Below, piece by piece: positions 36,541 to 48,794 of a stretch of DNA of 64,000 nt. Within the stretch, counting starts at the first letter, position 1; every line of letters begins with the position of its first letter. This DNA comes from Eledone cirrhosa (Eukaryota). A model generated the notes under the pieces. That model did not search any database. It was not told where the DNA came from and worked only from the letters and a program-made list of their open reading frames with translations. The position numbers and the translations under genes were made by a program. Location: NCBI GenBank assembly GCA_964016885.1, contig CAXHJY010001591.1, forward strand, positions 194,588 through 258,587. The letters are read 5' to 3'.

Positions 36541-36840
36541 CTACATATTTTCTACTGCAATCTTAAATTCTTCGATTCGTTTCTGTATTTCGCGCACAAG
36601 TTCAGCCTCTTTGGCCCTTGGGTGATCCTTAACGTAAGCAGCAATAGACAGAATGGTTTGGTTCCTGAGAGATTCGATTTTCGGTTCATCAGAGAGCCTC
36701 AGCCATGATTCGTGTGCGACCCTACCCATAGTGATAGCTTTGTAAAAAGTCGAATCTCCATTATTAAGCCAATATAATGCCGACATCTGCTGCAGTAATT
36801 CCACATCGCTCATCTGACCTGGTGTGTTAGCCGCATTCAT
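36541..36840 (-). CDS. Putative small orphan protein (99 aa, predicted helical), function unknown
   Basis: Uninterrupted ATG-TAG frame with ACCATG context. It is markedly more GC-rich than its AT-rich flanks, has protein-like composition, and shows no transposon motif. Confidence 0.6.
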   Translation of the reverse strand: MNAANTPGQMSDVELLQQMSALYWLNNGDSTFYKAITMGRVAHESWLRLSDEPKIESLRNQTILSIAAYVKDHPRAKEAELVREIQKRIEEFKIAVENM

Positions 36841-37184
36841 GGTACTTTGTTGTCTAAATAATAAACAAAACTGCTAAATGGTAACTAAAATAACCTTTTC
36901 TTGTGAAAATATTTATTTACTGCGGACCTCGTGTTGCTAACGCCTTCATATATTTATTTACTTCCAATTTACATAGCACAACTTATTTATTGATAATGGA
37001 TTGTAAAATATTAGTACATTTTTTTCTGTTTCGTTCTTAGATCCTGACTATTCTATTTACTTGTCTTTCTTTTTCTTTTCTTTTTTTTTTTTGTCGCATA
37101 TACAACCCTATCTTTCTTATTTCTACCCACTCTTTCTCTCTCTCAATTATGTATTACTCTTACTATCATTTCAATATATATATA

Positions 37185-38062
37185 TGAAATGTGTCAAACA
37201 GAGTGGTTAATCCGTATGGTGAGCAAATGGGGTCCCACGTGCTGACCTCCCCACAGGTCCGGCGGACAGAATGGAGAAGACGTTTCCCCAGAGGATGGTA
37301 AGGAAGATGCGCTGGAAGAGACATTCCAACTCGCGAGCCTCACACCTGCGGCTGGACAGCTCAGCGCCTATGGTGGTGAATAGGGAGGTAGCCCTAGGGC
37401 CAAGGACACCAGAAGTCTCCACTGCCAAGGGCACGACCACGAACCTGTCGGAGAGCGACCGGTACTTGGAGAGTTTGACCTCCTCAGCCCGACGTGCAGC
37501 AATAACTGGGTTAGTCGCAGACTGCACCAGGTTGTGGCTGGAGAAAGTGTCGTTGCAAGTGGCATCCCAGACGAGAGGTTTGCCACCGCGGAACGGGAAG
37601 ATGGTCATACCGTCTGGCCTTTTGCCTTCTTCTTAGTCCAACCCCACCGGCTCGAGCTGGGAGGGGAAGCCTGCAGCGTCCAAGCCATGCTTTATGACCT
37701 CGTTGAGGACAGCATGGCATGGAAGGCTGCCGGCACTGTGGTGACAGGAAAGCGGGTGGAGGCCAAAAGAGTCTACAGTGATATTTATGTTGCTCACAGA
37801 TCCTGAGTCCAAGCCTCAAGGAAATGCCGATGCGCAGGCTGCATGCCAGAGGAGAAGGAGGGCAAGGCATGGAGCCAGGCACCACTGTGCGAAAACAGGC
37901 AAGGTGGTGCTGGTTGAGCTGGCGTGTGAGCCTGGCTACACTGGATGACATCCTATATGCTGGGGGGGGGGGGCTTGACGTTAGCAGGGGAGAAGGAGGA
38001 GGGGCGTCTACTGGGCTAAGTTCCAGCCTGTCCCATGTCTCGCAGGCGGCCTCACGTTCCCT
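37185..38062 (-). mobile_element. CRE-like non-LTR retrotransposon 3' fragment (CCHC plus RLE)
   Basis: LRIGISLRLGLRIC..H, RRPDGMTIFPFRGGKPLVWDATC..K..KY, PLAVETSGVLG and ILWGN. It is frameshifted, GC-rich, and sits between CT-rich tracts. Confidence 0.8.
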
Positions 38063-38399
38063 GTTACTTTTATCCACTCTTTCTCACTCTCTATCTTACT
38101 TTTTATCCCCCTCCCTCTGTTTTTCTCATTCTCTTTCTTATTATTATTCTCTTTATCTCACCGTCTTACTTTTAATCTGTCTTTTATATTCTCTATCTTA
38201 CTTTTAACCTCCAACTTTTTCTCATTTCTCTTTCCCATTCCTTGTCTTTTAAGTCTCCCTTTCTTGCTGTCTTATCCATTTTCTATCTTCTCCGTCTTCC
38301 TTCCTTCTCACTTTTACCCAACTCCCTATCAGTATAATATATTATATTTTCTGAACATTTTGCATTAATGGTGAGTTATGGGACATACATAAACAGAAC

Positions 38400-39700
38400 C
38401 GGTTATTAAGTGTATATGACAAAAAGAAAAGAAAAAAGAATAAAGAGGGAGGAGAGATGGACAGGGAGTAAACTGTATACCCTTCGCTGGGTGGCATATC
38501 AGGACAGATAAGGTGACAAAACTTGGGGCCTGGAGAACAGTTATTGATACCTACTGTATCAGCCATTCTACCTTTGGAACTCTTTCTTCAGGTGTGATGC
38601 CCTCATCTCGATTTGTTGGAGGAAAATGACTAAGGACTGCGGACAAATGGTAACTGGTTCAAAAAAGAATTGGTGACTAAACCCTGGTATTTGGTCATCT
38701 ACTGCTCCTCTCTGTGGAATTTAGTGTGATAAGGTTAGTATCAGAGAGAGTGTCGCAACATGTGGCATGCTAGATGAGTGACACTGCCCTCAAAAGAGGA
38801 AAGTGTTATCCCAGGTCCCAATTGTGATTTGAAAATGACTAAATTGAATCTCCTCATAATGTTTTAGCAAAAAGGTCTTTTAGCTGTATAAAGTATTGGT
38901 AGCAGAAAGATACTTGGTAAAAGAAGATATAAATTGGTAAGGCTGTGTGTTCATGTTCAATAGTGAGGAAAGGATCAGAAGGCATATTTAAACATAATAA
39001 TGGTTTATTTTCTTCCAACCATATTAATAAATGTTGTAGGAGAGTGAAGAGCTGCAAATTAAGGCATAGTTAAGTTGAACGGTAAAAATGTAATTCTCCT
39101 AAGAAAATCCAGAATGTAGTTATATTGTTCTTGAGGTAGGAAGAATGTTGCTGGGCCCTTGTCGAGGGGGCCAAAGTTTCTTGTTAAGTGCTACATCTTG
39201 CTAGTATGCATCGACCAGGAATGTAATTTGTGAGGTCTGTTGTCGACAAAGTGAAAAGCTGCAACAGTTGGGTAGAAGTGGAAAAAGGCGCGAAGCAGCT
39301 GCTGGGCGGAAATCATCCTTTGTATTCATACACCGCCAACCCTAAGGACTGGCAAATGACAAAGCACGACCAAATTATTCCGCAGCTATGAAATAGTACC
39401 ATTGTTTGTTACAATGTCATTCAAAGTGGTGTTGTAAGGAAAACAATCTGCACTGTAGCGAGAATAGTGTAGCCCAAACTTGTCAACTGTGGTTCCACAG
39501 TGGCAATTGTGTCACTCACTCATGCTGAGGTCAAAGTACAGAATTGACTCTGATGAATATGGTATCAATTGATGAAGGAAACACTGAATTGAGTCACATG
39601 CCACTGTTTGGTTGTTAGGTAGTCAGGAGGCAGGCAAGATGGTGTTGGTTGAGGCAAGACTGGCTGAACTACAGTTGATGTCATCACAGTTACATTTGGC
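38400..39700 (-). mobile_element. Possible ancient LINE remnant (PHD/APE-like traces)
   Basis: Only scattered motif traces on the minus strand (C..C..W.H..C-like, QET, NLY). Heavily decayed. Confidence 0.3.
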
Positions 39701-39731
39701 CTGGAGAACACTGCTAATTTTATTACTATCT

Positions 39732-41110
39732 AAAATTTTTGAAACCTGCAAATCAACGCTAATTTTTTAACCCCACCACACTTCTTCAAAGATACCAAAT
39801 CTAGCAAAGATTCTTATTATATAGCTAAACAAATTCAGCAAAAGGTGGCCTCAATTTTCACCAAAATTTCTCCCTAAACTCCTTGATCATTCTTATTTTC
39901 TTACTCTCTAAATTAATTTCATTTTCAAATCTGAATACAGAAGTTTGCAAATTTGAATAAAATCATCAAATGGCTAAATGTTTAAAATGAGTTCTTATTA
40001 ATAAGAATTTTCAGATGTGAAAAATGAATAGCCACATCTTTAAAGACGTGATTATTCATCTGAACATGTAGTTAATTGTTCTCTTATTTGACTGAGATCA
40101 TAATATTGTTAATCATCGTCCTCATTTAACGTCTATTTTCCACGCTAGCATAGGTTAGACGGGCTTGTCCCATTTGAGCCAAGTTGGGTCGGGTGACCGT
40201 GTCTTGCTCATATAGGACTGTTTATGGCTGGTTTTCTACAGCTGAATGCCCTTCCCAATGCCAACCACATTTACAGTGTGTCCTGGGTGCTTTATGCGTG
40301 TCTCCTACATGACCACTTTACAGTGTGTGCTGGGTGCTTTTTGTTATATCTCCTACACGACCACTTTACAGAGTGGGCTGGGTGCTTTTTGTCGTGACAC
40401 CTACACAACCACTTTACAGTGTAGTCTGGATGTTTTATAATACCAACATAACTTTACAGAGTAAGGGTGGTGTGAGAGGGATGTGTAGAGGGTGTGAGGG
40501 TGTATATTGGATAAAAAGGTACCTACTGAGTGTTTAAGTTTAAGTCTGTGCACAAGAGAAGGCGGGTCTTCTATATTGCTGCATAGCCCCAAAGATCTCG
40601 ATCCTGTGTCATTGTCTTAGAGAGGTGCAAGTGTGCAAGGTCAGCTTTTAGCATCTTGTCCCAGGACTTTCTGGGTCTTCCTACTCCGTAGCTTCCATCA
40701 ATTTTGAATGCCCACCACTTTATTATACAACTTTATGCATCACATGTCCATACCAATGTAATCTCCTCTCCTGCACACAGCATTTGATTATTCCTCTTAT
40801 GCCTAATTTCTCACTTAGTTCATTTACGCTTTGCTGTTTGTGTAACACATCCATCAGAGCATGCCAGCTCCATTTCTTTCCAATCTGCGCAGATCCTCTG
40901 CACACAATGCCCAGGTTTCACTACTATGTAACATTACTGTTCGTATACAAGCATAGTACAATCTGCCTTTCATTTTTAGGGAGAAACCTTTTATGGCCAA
41001 CAGCGGTATTAGCTCTCTGAACTTCTTCCATCCTGTTCTTATTCTAGCTACTGTACTTTCAGAGCACCCTCCACCACTGCTGATTTTGTCACCCAGGTAA
41101 CGGAAAGTGT
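39732..41110 (+). repeat. Local duplication, copy A (partner 52239-53521)
   Basis: Near-identical sequence at offset 12507, then 12411 after a 96-bp indel. Confidence 0.93.
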
Positions 41111-41457
41111 CTACTATTTCTATAGAACCATCTGGGCAGTTGAAGGAGCTAGTATCCAGTGGGCTCTTGTTACTTACTGCACCTGAGCATTGGCCACATA
41201 TAAAACCTACATTCTTTGATAGCTTGCCTGTGATCCTGCTACAGATTTTATGTACCCATAGCTTGCATTTGGGACATAGAATGGAATTTCTACCTACTCC
41301 TTTCCTACACACTGAACAAGGCCATTTCCCTGAGGGAACCTGTGCCCTATTTTCCTTTCTACATTCTAGAATTTTAGTCTTAGACAAGTTAACTTTAAGG
41401 CCTTTTGATTTTAAGCCATGCTTCCAGGTTTGGAATTTGTTCTCTAATTCTGCCATA
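40112..41457 (-). mobile_element. 5'-truncated RTE LINE
   Basis: ORF 40854-41456 has GLKVNLSKTK, WPCSVC, FRYLGD and HSSETW. The tail is at 40112. Confidence 0.9.
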
Positions 41458-42167
41458 GAGAAGAGAAATAAAAAGATGAAGTTTATCTAATTTTTTTGAC
41501 AAATCAAATTACCACTAGCACTTGTCTTTCATCAGAATCATTTTAAAATATGGACATTTGGCGGTGATTCATTCTATATATCTGAATCGAGACAACAACA
41601 AAAGGAATTACTCATGACCATATTTCTAATGAAATACACTGCATTTTAATGAATTAATGAAGAATTTAGAGATATTTACTGAAAACATTACTTATATAAT
41701 TATTAAGATGGTATCTGTAACATAACATACTGAAAGGTTCTTATATGAAATTATGCTGAAAGATTTTAATTTAGATAAGAACTCTTTAAATTAGATGGTT
41801 TTGTTTCATAGAATCAGAGGCGGTTTTGTTTCGAAAGGGTTATTAAAAACCTCACCCAATCTTATCCTCTCGGTCATTCACTTCCCCTCTAAATTCATCT
41901 GATTTCCTCTGTGAAAGAGGAGGGAAGAAGGCAATTGATGTAAACTTTCTTTTCACTCAATTTGTCATAATATATGGTGAAAAAATGCAAACTTTATTAT
42001 TGCTTAATCTTCTAACAACAAACAACATATTTTCTCATTTCTGAAAAATGCAAACTGGTACCAAAGATTCTTCTTATATATCTGAGTCAATGGAACACCA
42101 AAAGGAGGAGTTACTTTCACAACAAATGTTGCAAAACACTGTTTTTATATTCTCCCTCATTCTCTCG

Positions 42168-42312
42168 AATTGTTTCTACTTTTGGCACAAGGGCAGAAAT
42201 TATCCCAGTGCATTACTGGTACTTTATTTTCTCGACCCCCGTAAGGATGAAAGGCAAAGTTAACCTCAACGGGATTTGAACTCAGACTGTAAAGGGACAT
42301 AACTATGCTGGA
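42168..42312 (-). mobile_element. tRNA-derived SINE
   Basis: Same body as 16701-17060. Confidence 0.8.
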
Positions 42313-42473
42313 AAGGTAATAATAGGTAATAATAGTATCTGCATTTTTTCTTCTACTCCACAGTATGGTAAATGACTGAAATGTTAAAATTTATCTGATT
42401 TATCTCCTTATTTCAAAGCATTATAAATTCATTTAAATTTGGAAATGAAAAGAATATAGAAACTAAGACTTAA

Positions 42474-42557
42474 CCCTTTAGTATTTAAATTATGTGAGAT
42501 AAAGCCTTTACTGTGAAAATACAATAGTAAATATAAAGTAGTGTAAATGCTAAAGGG
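42474..42557. mobile_element. Internally deleted piggyBac-type MITE (84 bp)
   Basis: TTAA|CCCTTTAGTATTTA ... TAAATGCTAAAGGG|TTAA. Confidence 0.75.
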
Positions 42558-44388
42558 TTAAAGAAGTAAAATTGTGTGGCTTAGTGGTTAAGGTGTTAAA
42601 CTCAAGATAATAAGGTTGTGGGTTCAATTCCTGCTCCAAGTGGCATGTTGTGTTATTGAGCAAGAAATGCTACATTTTATATGACTGGAGCTATTATTAA
42701 AACTAATTTTCAAATTTCACTCAAAAATACTAAAATATGGTAAGATTCTTCTCATATATTTGAGTCTACATCAGAAGAAGTTAAGTGACATTCTATTAAA
42801 ACTTCCTAAACATCTCTATCCATTCTTGCTCAATCATTCACTACTCTAATATATATTTATTTTAGTAGACAAACCATATGAACAATAAAGTTAGCAAGAA
42901 AAAGAAGACACACATATTCCCTCAATTAGATTTTATAACATATAATTGCCTTCTAAAAATATTAATCGTAAATTCTATATCTAAATAAAGTGTCTTGCTG
43001 AATTTGTTCTAGTTTTCTGTGTCCAATCTCACAATAATGCACCAGGTCAGAGTATTAGATTGTCAGAATCATTAGAGTGATGGATGAGATGTCCTGTGAT
43101 ATCTGTTCCATCTTGAAATGACTATGTGATGAAATGAAGGGATATAATATTGAATGTGTGAGAGATTCAATATGGGTTGCCAGAATTTGGTGATGTGCAG
43201 TTAAGACTGTGTAGTATACAGGCTGACAGCATGTTGGAAAAGTGTTTAGTAAAATTCCATTCCATACCTGTTATTTAGCGTTTTGATAAAAAGCTACATA
43301 AAGCAATGTTGGTAGGTAACAGAGAAAATGAATGCAACTGTTGTGTAAAATAAAGTTATATTTCATCAAATATTACATTTGAAACTTGTTCAAAGCTTCG
43401 GATAATTCTTGGAAGTCACAAGACAATCCAGATAATTCTTGGAAATCATAAGAGAATCATGAGTTGATGAAGCAAAAGTTGTGAACTATAGAATGTTTGT
43501 ATGAAAGATTGAACAGTTAAACTGTGGGAGTTGTGATGGCATGTGTTGAGTGCTATTTTTATTAATTATATATCTTCTTTTTTGTTTGGGTATTGTTGTC
43601 TATCCATTATATCTATTGAGTCCACTCTGATCGGAACAATTATTTGTTCTTTTCATTAATTGAAACCGTAATCAATTTGATGTATGTGGTCACTAGGCTT
43701 ACAACATTGAGTGAAGTCGTAAAAACTTACATTATATATGTATATATTTGTATTATAAAATGTTGCCTAATGAGGGTTGTGTGTGCAACACACAAATCAG
43801 TTAATAATGATGCAATTAGATTTAAGCACGCAACGTTATGTATATCCTTCCAAATGCGATTTGTTAGTTCATGATGGAGTATACATACACAAATGATAAT
43901 TGTGAAGGTCAGATGTAGATATTTATAATTCCTTTATTCATAATCAGTCATAATACATATTTCTGTGCTGTTCATGATTATGTGATGCTGTGATCACATA
44001 ACCACCCAGTCTGCACTGTAAAGTGGTCATGTAGGTGTCATGACAAAATGCACCCAGTATTCACTGTAAATGTGGTTGGCATTAGGAAGGGTAGGCAGCT
44101 GTAGAAACCAAGCCAAAATCAGTTCTGTATGAGGAAGACATGGTCACCTGACCTGGCATTTCTCACAACAGGACAACTCGTCTAACCCATGCTAGCGTGG
44201 AAAAATAGACATTATATGCTGATGACGATGATGATAATATATATATACACACACATAGTTTGATACATGCATAAATATATATATATAGAATACTTATTAA
44301 TAATAGAGATTTGCAAGATTAGTATCGCAGATATGAGCTTACACGTTGAAATAAATTAAATTATCAAATACATACATGTACATATATA

Positions 44389-45290
44389 CAGGGTGTGTCT
44401 GTTTTTTTGAGGACATCTGCATGAATTTAGAAAATGATGCATAGCACATTAAAAGATGCTACATCAAGATACAAATTATTTCCAATAGATTTATGATATC
44501 TATGCAATGAATCATCCATTAGCTTCAATGGCTGCTTAAATATGGGGTCTGACATGTTGGAATGTCCCAACCAGATCACCCCTATCAATACTGGACATTG
44601 TGCTGGTAATGGGGGATTTGAGAGATTGTATAGTGTTGTGAAGGTAATGATTGACCCCCCCCCCCCTTTTGACTATGCACCATATGTAATAGCCTAGGGG
44701 ATTGAGGCCATGTGTCTGGAAGAACATGGGTCATGGAGATTGTCACGCATCCTTACTTGTGTTGTTCTGGCCTTATGAGAGGGCGTGGAGTCTTGTTGAA
44801 GAAGAACAGTCTTCCATTGCTTACCTTGTCTATCCAGGGCTTCATAACTGTCTCCAACACCTCTTTGTAGACAGCAGTATTGACTCTTAAACCCTGAGAA
44901 AAAAACAGAAGTATGACATCTCCCCTGTTGCTAACAACACCCAGAACCATCACAGTTGCTGGAAATTTTGTGTGCATGACTGTTGGAACCTCCTTTTGGG
45001 TTCTCTTGGGTCTCTACATAGCCATCTACTATTCCTTCAGTTTACCTTTTGGTACTGATCAAAGAGTTTCTCATCAGAAAAAAAACAAAAAACATTCTAG
45101 CTTCTTGATGTTTTATGCTATTCAGTAAGCACTTTGCATGGACCAAACAATTTTTTTTTGGCTTCTTTGCATCACATCTGACTTGTATCAGATGTTTTCA
45201 TAGACAATTCTTCTGATGGTGCATTCTGAAACCTTTAGGTCCTTTGTGATGGCTCTGATTGACTTTCCTGAGGTTTTATTGATCACTGGT
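44389..45290 (-). mobile_element. Tc1/mariner-superfamily (maT/DD37D-like) transposase remnant
   Basis: KSIRAITKDLKVSECTIRRIV, TKFPATVMVLGVVS, QQDSTPSHKA and LNPLGYYIW. One end reads TA|CAGGGTG at 44389. Confidence 0.8.
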
Positions 45291-45334
45291 ATTTTACCAC
45301 TATATATATATGATGATGATGATATACATGTGTG

Positions 45335-45366
<32 letters not shown>

Positions 45367-45409
45367 CATGTGTGATGGACTCTCCCATCAATTCTTTGTA
45401 TGAGGATCT

Positions 45410-46380
45410 AACAACTTATTCAGTTTGGATGTTTATATTGGGTATGACATTTTAGTGCTGTCAAGGATTTGCAAATGAGTCCACAGATCGTGCATGGGCG
45501 AAGATTACATGACAATATTGCAGGTATGTTTGCTGCTTCAGCAAGTGGATTTGAAATTCCTGATCCCATTATGATACACATATCTTCAATCTTTCCGCTC
45601 CAAGGCCACTTGCTCAAATGTTTCATAAAGTATATTGATTGCTGAAAGATTACTCTTCACCATGTTTTTGTACCTGAACCATTGCTGCCCAGCTATCTAT
45701 TTCCACTTTCAAGCTGGCTATAGATGAGGACTTTAGGTATTCTTTCATGAATCAATGTGATGAGATGACCAATGCAGCATAGTGTGATTGCATGTAAAAT
45801 GTCTCAGTGCCTCTAATTTTGCACTTAGTGAAGAGGTTGGCATTCAATATTTTGTCTTTGAGTGTGTATGCACAGATTGCCTGAAGAGAACCTTTATGAA
45901 AGAAGTCTAGTTGGTTGATGTGTGACCTATATAGAGTTCAAGATTTTTATCCATACAAGAGTGCGGTCAGTATGACAGCTTTGAAGACCCGTGTCATTCC
46001 AGAGGTGATATCGCAGTTTGCCAAATGTATTTGTAGCTTTTTCTATCTTGTCATTGAGATATGCATTTGAGTTCACTCTACTGCCAAGATATGTGAACAA
46101 TTTCGCATACTTCAGATTCTTCCCATCAACCTTTATAGGGGTGTCTGGGAACTGGAAAGATCTTAGCTGGTAGACCACGTCCATCTTTTTTTTTATGCTG
46201 ATAGTAAGCTTGAACGCTTTACTTGCAACAGAAAAACGGTTTACGTATTCCTGGGTTTCCTCTAAATATGTTACTACAAGTGCAGCATCATCTGATGCTG
46301 GTCCACAGACTTTGAACCGTTGATAGTTGAAGAGTCTGTCACTAGTTTGAAATTGGAACTTAACACCTGTCTTTTTCACT
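45410..46380 (-). mobile_element. RTE (BovB-like) LINE 3' remnant
   Basis: DRLFN..RFK, DDAAL, FKLTISIKK, FTYLGS, and a C-terminal C2H2 finger CTICGLICKS..LKCH..H. Confidence 0.8.
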
Positions 46381-46399
46381 TAAAGCGTATATATATGTG

Positions 46400-48016
46400 T
46401 GTGTGTGTACGTACGCTACTGATGTGAACAAAGAATTTAGTATAGTCAACTAATTTGTGGGCAGCAAGTGGCCGAGTTGTGCTATTAGAAATCTGCTATA
46501 GGCTGCTGTCTGCTTCACTTTTTATAGGTGAGGCTATTTCATGCAACGATACTCATTTAGCGAGATTTGCGTAAAAATGTTGAATACCACTATGCCAGTG
46601 CATAAAATAAAAAAGAAACAATTGTTGTAGAGACAATAATAAACTCGCTATGTCTGCCTGCTGAGTTAAAATTCTCCCAGAGATTCAAGTCCCACCAATA
46701 GCAAAGGTTAATCATTAGACCACAATTAATTATCAAAGTTTGTAGTCGTCTGCTACTGCAGTCGAACGATAGGGGTATTCCTTTATTTCCAAATTTAATT
46801 CAAGTCATGAAGGAATAGCGACATGTAGATTTTTAATGTGTCAGCCAATTCGTGATGTGGCGGAGAAGTAAAATGCAAACTTTATTATCACCTAAACTTT
46901 TTGACATAAAATATCTATTCATTTTCTTATTCCAAATGTTTACTGTCGTAAGAGAAGAAATATTAAATAAACTTTTTGCCACAAAGCAAATAATGCTTCG
47001 TTACACTGAATATGTTATTAAAAAATACCACTAGCATTTTTCGTTTGACATCAAGACTCACTCAACAAATACGTAAATTCGGCCAGGATTCTTGCTATAA
47101 ATCTGAGTCGACGCGGCGACAAGTGGAATCACTTCCGCCAGAATGTCCTAAACATGACGGACAACGCCATCTATTGTGATACATTCTACTTCCGTTTTCT
47201 ACTAATCAGGTCATAATTACTTTCCTGTCGAGGTTTCTCTCGACCAGCATTGTGTTGTCGGTGTGGTCTTTTCTCCCCCACTCCCGCACACACACAAAAA
47301 AAAAAAAATATATATATACATTATATAGGGGGAGATATTGTTTTACAATTCGCTTGCAATGATCAAAGATTGCCGAAGGCAGAGGAGGAGAGGCCATGCC
47401 ATATTCCAAAGACAGGTAGAGTTTAACACACACACACATATATATTTATATATATGTATGTATTATGTATCTGCATGTCTGTAAACATATAAACACAAAC
47501 ACTGTATACAACAAAACAACAAACAATAACAGCACGTACCCAGTATTCGATTCCTCTTTTTTTCTTATAATTTCTATATTCTTTCTACTTTCTTGATTTA
47601 CGTTAAAAACAACAAAGATAGTTATATAAAACTATCCAAGTACACACACACACACACATATATATAATATACACAGACACAGTACAGCAAACCAAAGGAA
47701 AAAAATAATAGCGTGCTCTCGACGTTCACAACACTTTCTTTTTTTTCTTTTCATTTCTGTATTCTTTCTAAAAATTCTTGACTTAGGTTAATGATAACAA
47801 AGACTCTCTCACACACCCACATAAACTCACACCCTCATGCGTATATTTACCAGCATACGTACACTTAAACATATATATTCACATACGAAAACAGTTAAAA
47901 CTAGGAAAAGAAATAACAAAAACAACACGCACTCAATATAGAACGCTTTTCTTTTCTTTCCTTCATTTTTCCTATTCCTTTTAAATATTTGACTTCAAGA
48001 ACAACAAAGACCACTT

Positions 48017-48066
<50 letters not shown>

Positions 48067-48300
48067 CACACACACACGCGCGTACCTTTGAATTTGGAAA
48101 CACGAGGAAAAGAGCTCAATACCAAAGTGGAGTATGATATTTTTTAGAAATCATTATATAACGGATTACTCTATTGCGATTGCTTGCCTATCACGCAGCA
48201 ACTATCATCAATCAATTGCAAAACTCGGAGTAGGAAAACAGTATTCTCAGTAATATATATATATATACACATAGAATCCCAGTAAAATACATATAATCTC
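46400..48300. promoter_or_regulatory. CpG-retaining, largely TE-free region resembling a host gene promoter or 5' exons
   Basis: Dense CpGs at 47040-47290, ETS-like ACTTCCG twice, and CGCCATCTATTG. Minus-strand donor-like sites lie at 48085, 47539 and 47220. Confidence 0.35.
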
Positions 48301-48402
48301 AGTAATATATATGCATCCTTATATTCTCAGTAATATATATATATATTCTTATATTTTTGATATAGATTAGTATATACATATATATTTCTACATGTATGTA
48401 TG

Positions 48403-48443
<41 letters not shown>

Positions 48444-48538
48444 GTTTGTGTATATATATATTTATAAATATATTTATGCTTATATTTATATACTTATATT
48501 TACATTTGTATATATATTCTTATATTTATGTGTATATT

Positions 48539-48573
<35 letters not shown>

Positions 48574-48794
48574 CGATTTTAAGTTGATTTTAAGTTGATT
48601 TTCCATGTTGGCATGGGTTGGATGAGACGTTTTGAGGTAATGTTTTAGAGACGGTGCCCATCCTGACACCAACTCTTTTAATCGCGTCTTATATAGTGAC
48701 CCGTTAAGACACTCTTGCTATTTCAAACGTTAAACTAATATACTTCTTCCATGTACTGTGCTGTTTGTTTTGTTATTTATATATATATATATAT

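Noticed and set aside
47021-47179. Repeated motif as coding exons (QDSCYKSES / KDSSYISES / GDSFYISES)
   Set aside because: Other copies have frame-breaking indels and no consistent splice sites.
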